Part shown: one piece after another, positions 27,538 to 34,709 of the stretch
How the letters are laid out: each line of letters starts with the position of its first letter
Numbering within the stretch: position 1 is the stretch's first letter
Source of the DNA: Bacillus sp. (in: firmicutes)
Lineage (GTDB): Bacteria; Bacillota; Bacilli; Bacillales; Cytobacillaceae
Direction: 5' to 3'
Assembly: GCA_047718615.1 (NCBI GenBank)
Contig: JBDNRM010000001.1
Coordinates: forward strand, 23,093-87,092
Length of the DNA: 64,000 bases
Translations under genes and position numbers: made by a program
The notes under the pieces: generated by a model
What the model was told of the DNA's origin: nothing
Database searches by the model: none
What the model saw: only the letters and a program-made list of their open reading frames with translations

Positions 27538-29298
27538 GAATTAGAAAAGATAGATCCTAATCAGCAATTAGATGAGCAGAAGCTAATACAGCGGATTACA
27601 GCGCATTTTAACGAAGCTAGGATGATTAAAGCTGCAGAAGAAAAGAAATGGCGGCAGCAGGAAGATTATTATCAAGGTGATCAGTGGAAGAGTAAGCCTG
27701 CATACAAAGGGCAAATACAACCCGTTACAAATCATTGCTTTTCTATCGTAGAGAGCATTGTTCCCCAGCTGACAGATAACCGTCCACAAATAATGTGTCT
27801 GCCGCAGGAGCAAGATGACGAGCAAAGCGCAGATGTTTTGTCAGAGGTTATTGATTACATTTGGGATAGAACAGATATGGATTATAAGTTGCAGTTAAAC
27901 GAACGTACACGCATTAAGCATGGTATGGCGATATACAAAGTGTTTTGGGATCCGGAAGCGATGAACAAACTTGGTGATGTAGATATTATCAATGTTCCTA
28001 TCGATCAATTTTTTATCTCTCCACGTGCCAAGAGCGTACAGGATAGCGATTATGTAATCTATGCTACGCAAAAGTCTACGGAATATATTGAGAAGCGCTA
28101 CAAAAAAAAGGTGCAGTCTGATAAGAAGTATGATGAAATTGCCGTATTTGACCAACAAGAAGAGACAGGCAAACAAGATAATAAAGTATTGCTTATCGAG
28201 TATTGGACGAAAGAAAACGGTCAATTAAGGCTTATAACGATTGCTGGTGAAACAGTATTAAGGGATGAGTTAGGATTTTATGACCATGGCTTATATCCGT
28301 TTGTAGCTGTACCTGCATTCCCGGTTGAAAAGAAATTCTGGGCAATGGGTGTTCTATCACAGATTATTTCCCCTCAGCAGGTGGTTAACATACTAGATCA
28401 ACAGATTATAGACAATGCTCGTTTAGGTGGCAATGGAACAATCTATAATCAGATGGGTTCGGGGCTAAACTCAAATGCTGTTACTAATCTTCCTTATAAA
28501 ATATTAAATGTAAATGATATTAACATGGTTAGGGTGGAACCAGGCAGAGAAATGCCAGGCTTCATCCAAAACCATTTAGAAGTGAAGAAAAGGGATGCTG
28601 AAAGTGTCAGCGGTATTCACGATGTATCCCAAGGGAAAGCACCAAGCGGAATTACGGCAGCTAGTGCTATTTTGGCGTTACAAGAAAGTGCGAACCAACG
28701 TATAAGATTACTTGGTCGTACGTTAGAAGCTGGATTAAAAGAGATTGGCGAGTTGATTATTGCTCTTGTTAAGGAGTTTTATACAGAGGATAGAACAATC
28801 CGTATTCTTGGTGATGACAAGAAAGTTACTTTTAAAACGTTCAATGCTAATAGTATTAAACGGGAACGTGAATACACTGAATTCCTTCCAGAAGGTGGAC
28901 AACAAAAAGTAGTAATTGAAATAGATCCTGACTTTGATATTCGTGTGGAAGTCGGTTCATCCATGCAGTATTCAAAAGCATTCATGTATGAGCAAGCAAA
29001 AGAGTTATTCCAAATGGGTGTTATCGATGATCAAGCGCTGTTAGAAACGGTTAAATTTCCAAAAGCAGAGGACGTATTACAGCGGAAACAGCAAATGATA
29101 CAGCAACAACAAATGATGGAACAACAGGCTGCTATGGCTCAACAAGGAGCAATGCCTCCTGCGCCACCACAAGAACAGCCGGTTCCAACGATGGAAGAGC
29201 TTATAGCTTCACTGTCACCAGAAGATAAGGAAATATTTGATAATGCTTCACCAGAAGAACAACGAAATATGATGCACGAAATTATGGGCCAAGGATGA
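27535..29298 (+). CDS. Portal protein (P22-like size and position)
   Basis: 587 aa after terL; YYQGDQW, GIHDVSQG, ASAI.ALQE; Gln-rich C-terminal helix. Confidence 0.85.
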   Translation: MELEKIDPNQQLDEQKLIQRITAHFNEARMIKAAEEKKWRQQEDYYQGDQWKSKPAYKGQIQPVTNHCFSIVESIVPQLTDNRPQIMCLPQEQDDEQSADVLSEVIDYIWDRTDMDYKLQLNERTRIKHGMAIYKVFWDPEAMNKLGDVDIINVPIDQFFISPRAKSVQDSDYVIYATQKSTEYIEKRYKKKVQSDKKYDEIAVFDQQEETGKQDNKVLLIEYWTKENGQLRLITIAGETVLRDELGFYDHGLYPFVAVPAFPVEKKFWAMGVLSQIISPQQVVNILDQQIIDNARLGGNGTIYNQMGSGLNSNAVTNLPYKILNVNDINMVRVEPGREMPGFIQNHLEVKKRDAESVSGIHDVSQGKAPSGITAASAILALQESANQRIRLLGRTLEAGLKEIGELIIALVKEFYTEDRTIRILGDDKKVTFKTFNANSIKREREYTEFLPEGGQQKVVIEIDPDFDIRVEVGSSMQYSKAFMYEQAKELFQMGVIDDQALLETVKFPKAEDVLQRKQQMIQQQQMMEQQAAMAQQGAMPPAPPQEQPVPTMEELIASLSPEDKEIFDNASPEEQRNMMHEIMGQG

Positions 29299-29328
29299 GA
29301 GTTCTTTGGCCTTTTATAATACAAAAAT

Positions 29329-29385
29329 TCGCCAACCATAGCGAAGGAGGATTCATTTTATGTCAATTATCGCCAACCATAGCGA
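29329..29385 (+). repeat. 16-bp direct repeat forming twin hairpins around the scaffold RBS
   Basis: TCGCCAACCATAGCGA at 29329-29344 and 29370-29385. Confidence 0.9.
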
Positions 29386-30184
29386 CTTATTAAGATTGGA
29401 TTTACAAGAGTTTAGTGAGGATTTAGCGCCTGCTGATCCAGTTGATACGACACCTGTTGATACACCTGATCCAGTAGATACGGAACCAAGTGATCCTGCT
29501 GCCATACAGGAGACTATTCCACAAGCATTTAAGGTTAAATACAACAAAGAAGAAATGGAAATACCTTATGATCAAGCGCCAGATTATATCCAAAAAGGAC
29601 TTAATTATGATAAGGTGCAGCAACGTTCTACAGAGTATGAACAACATTTAACTAAACTGGCTAATTTGTCTGGCTATACATCTACAGATGAAATGATTCA
29701 GGCATTACAAGAGCTAGAACAGCAACAGCAAGTGCAGCAACAAGCACAGCAAATGGGAATTGACGAGGAAACATACAGTAAATATTTCTCTCCTGTTAAC
29801 GATGAACTATCCCAGCTTAAATCACAGCTGCAGGAGTTTGAAACGAAAGAGATTCAACGCCAAATTGATGCTGATCTAAATGAATTGAGACAACAAGAGG
29901 ATTTTTCACAGCACGAACAATCTATGTATGAGATAGCCACACAATATGGCATGCCGTTAAAAGAAGCTTATGAGTTTGCTAGTCTTAGAGCGTTAAAAAG
30001 CCAATTACCGACTATTCAGCAACAGTCTGAACAAAAGGTATTAGATCAAATAAAAGCACGCCAAGGAAAGCACGTGGAGACTTCTGATAACAATGTAGCT
30101 ATTGGGTTAGATTTAACACCACAAGAAATAGAGATAGCAAGTAAAATGGGCATTTCGCCTGAAGAATATGCTAAATACAAATAG
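29360..30184 (+). CDS. Capsid scaffolding protein
   Basis: Acidic helical protein between portal and capsid; VKYNKEE...YIQKG.NYDK; LTPQE...A.KMG.S.EEYAKYK. Confidence 0.8.
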   Translation: MSIIANHSDLLRLDLQEFSEDLAPADPVDTTPVDTPDPVDTEPSDPAAIQETIPQAFKVKYNKEEMEIPYDQAPDYIQKGLNYDKVQQRSTEYEQHLTKLANLSGYTSTDEMIQALQELEQQQQVQQQAQQMGIDEETYSKYFSPVNDELSQLKSQLQEFETKEIQRQIDADLNELRQQEDFSQHEQSMYEIATQYGMPLKEAYEFASLRALKSQLPTIQQQSEQKVLDQIKARQGKHVETSDNNVAIGLDLTPQEIEIASKMGISPEEYAKYK

Positions 30185-30195
30185 GAGTGATATAA

Positions 30196-31033
30196 ATGTC
30201 ATTAGGTAGAGCAGATAGCCCACAATGGGGTAGATTATTAGAACCAGGTTTAAGAAAGATTTTCTTCGAAAACTATCCGGAGAAATCAGAGCAATTTAAT
30301 CAGATTTTCCAAGTGAATAATTCCAAGAAACAAAAGGAATATGACTTAATCTTAGGAGGATTCACACCATGGGCAAGCAAAGCGGAAAAAGATCCACTTA
30401 CTTATCAAGATCCAGCAAACGGATATGAAATCACGTACACTCATGATGCGTTTGCAAGTGGATTTAAAGTAACTCGTGAAATGAATGATGATGAACAATA
30501 CAATGTAATCAATAAACTGCCGAAAGCATTGGCACATTCCGGACGTACAAAAGTTGATACAGACGCTGCTAAAGTATTAAATTCCGGTTTTGACGGTGTT
30601 ACTCGCCCGATATATGATGGGAAAGCATTATTTGCAGCAGATCATCCATTAAAAGGTGGCGGCACTGCATCCAATCTAATAACTGGTGCTCTTACTGATG
30701 CAAACTTAAAGATTGCTATTCAAGCAATGCACAGTGCTCCTGATGAAACAGGAAATAAAATTCAGTACAAACCATCTAAATTAATTGTGCCAAGATCATT
30801 AGAGTTCGTCGCACGTGAAATTGTTGGTTCAGAGCGTAAAAGCGGTACTGACTTCAACGACATGAACACATTGAAAGGTTCTCTTGAAGTTGTAGTTTAT
30901 GACTACTTAACTGACAGTGACGCTTGGTTCATCCAAGATCCAAATGTAAGTGAGTTAAACTTCTTCTGGAGGGTGAAACCGGAGTTCAAGCATGAAGAGG
31001 ACTTCGATACACTAGAAGCGAAATATCGCGGGT
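30196..31033 (+). CDS. Major capsid protein, exon 1
   Basis: LLEPGLRKIF...; PSKLIVP..LE..A; DAWF; reading frame resumes after the group I intron. Confidence 0.9.
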
Positions 31034-31257
31034 TAACTGCATAGCCCCTATAATCAGTGATGGTTATAGCAAACCGTGAATATGCTGGAAACTCCTTAGA
31101 GCCTTCAATACGAGCGCAAGCCGTGACAATTTGAAGGATTGGACAATCAGCAGGGACAGCCATTTAGGAAGCCCTCAACGACTACCAAGCGGCATCTTAT
31201 GAAGATGATGGTATAGTCTACTCCCTATAAAATATGGCGAAAGCCAGGGTATTAAGG
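31034..31257 (+). ncRNA. Group I self-splicing intron, 224 nt, no internal ORF
   Basis: 5' exon ends in U with P1 GGGT/GCCC; P2 with GNRA loop; P4 TGCTG/CAGCA; P7 GACTA/TAGTC; P8 CATCTT/AAGATG; P9 TGGC-GAAA-GCCA; terminal G; splicing restores the frame. Confidence 0.92.
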
Positions 31258-31319
31258 ACATGCGTTACAGTTATGGAGTATCGAACTTCAGAGGAATTGT
31301 AGGAAGCACAGGAGCATAA
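31258..31319 (+). CDS. Major capsid protein, exon 2 (spliced product 299 aa)
   Basis: GGG T|AC ATG gives ...KYRGYMRYSYGVSNFRGIVGSTGA-stop. Confidence 0.9.
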
Positions 31320-31403
31320 TATTTATCCCTTTAACGTAGCGGATAATGAGCTTCAAATGGTATAATATAGGTAGAATAAATCACTGCCTATATTATATCT
31401 GAG

Positions 31404-31943
31404 GTGAAAATATTGGGGCGTTATGAAGCTAATCATTCATGGATTCAAAATATTGATGAAGAATACATCATTACTCTGTATACAAAAGATAATATGAGTC
31501 TTACAGCTATTTCAAAACTATTAGGTTACGACAGGGGTACTGTTAAAAGACGTCTTGAAAAGAATGGTGTTGACATTGTTAGAAAGCCCCGTTCTGACAA
31601 ATCGAAAGATAATAGTCCTGCTATTAGGAAAGTCTACTATAAATATGGACTTCAAGCTGAAAGACGAGGATATAATTTCGATATTCCTTATGAATTTTTC
31701 ACCTATTTAACTTCACAAAAATGTCATTATTGTGGAAATAAGCCATTATCAAAAGAAATCACTAGAAGTGGACATGTTTATGTGTTTAATGGTTTAGATC
31801 GAATTGATAATAACAAACATTATACTTTGGACAATGTGATTCCATGTTGTAAGATTTGTAATCAAATGAAAAGTAATTTGGAACATCATGTCTTTATAGA
31901 ACAAGTAAGGAAAATATATTTGAAGTATCAACAAGAACTTTAA
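31404..31943 (+). CDS. Free-standing HNH/His-Me endonuclease with N-terminal HTH (likely start TTG 31413)
   Basis: CHYCG...NGLDRIDN..Y..DNVIPCCKICNQMK; GAGGTG RBS 6 nt before the TTG. Confidence 0.8.
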   Translation: MKILGRYEANHSWIQNIDEEYIITLYTKDNMSLTAISKLLGYDRGTVKRRLEKNGVDIVRKPRSDKSKDNSPAIRKVYYKYGLQAERRGYNFDIPYEFFTYLTSQKCHYCGNKPLSKEITRSGHVYVFNGLDRIDNNKHYTLDNVIPCCKICNQMKSNLEHHVFIEQVRKIYLKYQQEL

Positions 31944-31957
31944 AGGAGCTGGATCAT

Positions 31958-32086
31958 ATGGCTAAATTACCTACTAGCGAAGATGGGAAGTTATTAGCGC
32001 AATATATTAATGAAAAACTTTCTGAGATGAAAGAAGAGATCATTAAAGAAATTAAAGAATCTAAAAAAGAGACAAAAACAAAGTAG
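31958..32086 (+). CDS. 42-aa hypothetical protein after the capsid gene
   Basis: AAAGGAG RBS; MAKLPTSEDGKLLAQYINEKL...; followed by a terminator. Confidence 0.6.
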   Translation: MAKLPTSEDGKLLAQYINEKLSEMKEEIIKEIKESKKETKTK

Positions 32087-32111
32087 GCAGGGAAATTCCC
32101 TGTCTTTTTTT
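32085..32111 (+). terminator. Intrinsic terminator of the head operon
   Basis: AGGCAGGG...CCCTGTCT plus T run. Confidence 0.8.
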
Positions 32112-32124
32112 ATGAGGTGATGGA

Positions 32125-32676
32125 ATGAACCTTCGAGACATGATTAATGAGGTATTGAAAGATATTGATGATTACCTTTCTGATTCAGATATTACCGGCT
32201 GGATTAACAGAGCATTGGATGACCTGACACCAGTAGCAAAATATCAAAAAATGAGCGTAGTTTCATTGGTTGCAACAGATAAAAGTATCTTATTACCGGA
32301 TGATGTAGAAGAAATCGTTTTGTTAACGGACGATGAACAGGACTATAACGAAATTAATTTGAAAGATAAAACAGGATGCGGCTATAAAAAGTGGGGAAAC
32401 GTTTTAAGTTTTCAGCCTGTTTTTGATATAGATAAAGACTTCACCTTATATTATTATGCGAAATTACCGCACCTTGCAGCTGATACAGATATACCGGTCA
32501 TACGATCTGATTTCCATGATTTATTAGTCTTGTATGCTACTGCAAAAGCCAAGTACAAAGACGAGGTTATGGAAATGCATCAAGGTACCATGCAGGAATA
32601 CTTGGAGAGAAAACGCCAGTATATTGCTGCAGTGTCGAGTGATAATAACGAAGCATACCAAGTGAAGCTTCTGTAA
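32125..32676 (+). CDS. Head-tail adaptor (P22 gp4 / T7 gp11-like position)
   Basis: Helical N-terminus, WINRAL.DL, YYA...L..D.D.P.I..DFHDLLVLYA. Confidence 0.7.
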   Translation: MNLRDMINEVLKDIDDYLSDSDITGWINRALDDLTPVAKYQKMSVVSLVATDKSILLPDDVEEIVLLTDDEQDYNEINLKDKTGCGYKKWGNVLSFQPVFDIDKDFTLYYYAKLPHLAADTDIPVIRSDFHDLLVLYATAKAKYKDEVMEMHQGTMQEYLERKRQYIAAVSSDNNEAYQVKLL

Positions 32677-32688
32677 GGGGGTAAATAG

Positions 32689-32943
32689 ATGGCTAGAGGA
32701 AATATGCGCCCACAACCATGGGTGAAGAATATAGAAGTATATACGGACTTCTCGGGCGGTTTAAATTCTGTTACAGACCATACAAAAATGGCTGATAAAG
32801 AGGTAGCTGAATTGGTTAATATGGATATTTCTCCAAGAGGAACATTGCGGAGGCGGTCAGGAATGATTTTTCACCAGCGCAGAGCCAATTGGGGAGACAT
32901 CAAAGGGAAAACATGGGGAGAATTGAATGAAATGGAGGTGTGA
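32689..32943 (+). CDS. N-terminal segment of the tail nozzle, encoded as a separate ORF
   Basis: DFSGGLN...E...LVN.DI..RG.LRRR.G is the typical nozzle N-terminus. Confidence 0.7.
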   Translation: MARGNMRPQPWVKNIEVYTDFSGGLNSVTDHTKMADKEVAELVNMDISPRGTLRRRSGMIFHQRRANWGDIKGKTWGELNEMEV

Positions 32944-33893
32944 CGATGGCAGAATATACAGATAATCTTAATTTGTTCGAGCCAGGTTCTGATGACAACA
33001 TTGGAATCGAATCTTCGCTAAAGGATAATTTCGATAAGATAGATTCTAAACTTGGAGATGGATTAAAAGATGCATCCGGTCAAGTGCATACATCACTAGG
33101 GACGAGATTAAACAGCGAACAAACAGATTATGAAACAACAAAATCAATCGTTACAGACCTATCCCAAAAGGAATACAACGTCATAAAAGACGATTTTACG
33201 AATCAAACACTTGCTAATAGGGGAAATGTATTGGTTGCTCCTGAAAACACGATGGCAGCCTTCCAACATGCTCTAGAAGCTGGATATTGGGGCATTAAAA
33301 CTGATTTACGTAAATCATCCGATAATAAATGGGTATTAATCACAGATGAAACAGTAGATCGTACTTCAAATGGGTTCGGTGCGGTATCAGGAAAGAATTT
33401 AACGCAGCTGAAAGCACTTGATTTTGGTAATAAATTTGATTCGTTTTATACGGATGAAAAGATACCGACACTAGAAGAATTCCTTTGGTTCTGTAGAAAA
33501 AATAACATCGTTGCTTATATCGAGTTACGGATTGATATAACAAACGGTGAAGCATCTGAACTAGCCACTATAATTGATAACTACTTTATGACCAATCGAA
33601 CATGTATCATTTCCAATAATTCAACCAATCTAACCAAATTTAGAGCTTACTCACAGTTATTGCCATTAGGACTAGCTACTGGTACAGTGACTCAAACATA
33701 TGTCAATTACGCAAAAGATATTAAAAACTGTTTACTCTTTGTAAGAGCATCTGATTTGACAATCGATTCTGTTAAATTAGCAACTGCAGCCAAGATAAGT
33801 GTGGATGCTTGGTACGCATACTCTTACGATGACGTAGAAACAGCATTTAAAAACGGAGCTCGAAGGGTTGCTAGCTCCAATGTAAATTATTAA
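32940..33893 (+). CDS. Tail fibre/spike with degenerate GDPD (glycerophosphodiesterase) domain
   Basis: YTDNLNLFEP...NFDKID anchor; NRG....PENTMAAF..A, D.RKSSD, D.T.DRT, IPTLEE. Confidence 0.8.
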   Translation: MTMAEYTDNLNLFEPGSDDNIGIESSLKDNFDKIDSKLGDGLKDASGQVHTSLGTRLNSEQTDYETTKSIVTDLSQKEYNVIKDDFTNQTLANRGNVLVAPENTMAAFQHALEAGYWGIKTDLRKSSDNKWVLITDETVDRTSNGFGAVSGKNLTQLKALDFGNKFDSFYTDEKIPTLEEFLWFCRKNNIVAYIELRIDITNGEASELATIIDNYFMTNRTCIISNNSTNLTKFRAYSQLLPLGLATGTVTQTYVNYAKDIKNCLLFVRASDLTIDSVKLATAAKISVDAWYAYSYDDVETAFKNGARRVASSNVNY

Positions 33894-33904
33894 GGAGTGA
33901 TGAT

Positions 33905-34699
33905 ATGCAGCCGAATGCAACGTGCACTTATACATTTAAGCCTGGCCACCATGATTTATTAAAGATGGTCGCGAGAGACAAACGATTAGATGGAAACGGA
34001 TCATTAAGCGTTTCTAACGGAATATTAAAATGTAAGTCTAATAGTATCACAGAACGTGCTTATGTATTTTGGAACACTTACTTACCATTAGGTGGATGGA
34101 TGGAAGTACAGTTCGTAGCAAAAGCCGTATCTGGTTCAGGAAATGTCTCTGGGGATGTGTATGAAGAGAACGATTTCGTGGTAGAAGGTGACATAGATCC
34201 TATATCAAGCAATGTTGATATTACAGGAGATTGGAAGCCGTATCGATTTATCATACAAGGAGGCATGAGCAACCGTTATGCCCGTTTGGTCTTTGGGCTA
34301 TGGAAGAGTGTTGTTGGAGAAGTATGGTTCCGAAATATTAATATTAAAGTGTATAACTCTAATATTGTTCCAGAGCAACGATTTGCTGTTATAAAGGGAT
34401 ATAAAAACAATTGGTACTTAGATGATAAAGTGGGACGTTTCGGAAATCAAGGTGTATCAAGTGTAGAAGTAGAGGATGATCGTTTGGTTGTTACGATAGC
34501 GGGACCACGAACATGGGGAATGCCTGTTATGACAGCGCACCTGCAACATCGAAATAATCCAGGATATAGAGCAGAAGTTTATACATGGGATAGCTTTACT
34601 CAATGCAGGATTTACATTGTAAATAAGGATGGAAACGTTGTTTCTCCAACATCGATCCAAGAAGAATTAACCATATCCTTTATGGCTTACGCTAGATAG
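33905..34699 (+). CDS. Putative carbohydrate-binding, beta-rich virion protein
   Basis: Beta-rich with DWKPYRF and GEVWFRNI jelly-roll-like segments; position in the tail module. Confidence 0.45.
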   Translation: MQPNATCTYTFKPGHHDLLKMVARDKRLDGNGSLSVSNGILKCKSNSITERAYVFWNTYLPLGGWMEVQFVAKAVSGSGNVSGDVYEENDFVVEGDIDPISSNVDITGDWKPYRFIIQGGMSNRYARLVFGLWKSVVGEVWFRNINIKVYNSNIVPEQRFAVIKGYKNNWYLDDKVGRFGNQGVSSVEVEDDRLVVTIAGPRTWGMPVMTAHLQHRNNPGYRAEVYTWDSFTQCRIYIVNKDGNVVSPTSIQEELTISFMAYAR

Positions 34700-34709
34700 G
34701 GGTGAATAC

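Noticed and set aside
30196-31044. 282-aa capsid ending in GLTA as the final product
   Set aside because: The stop lies inside the group I intron; the spliced frame gives a more plausible C-terminus.
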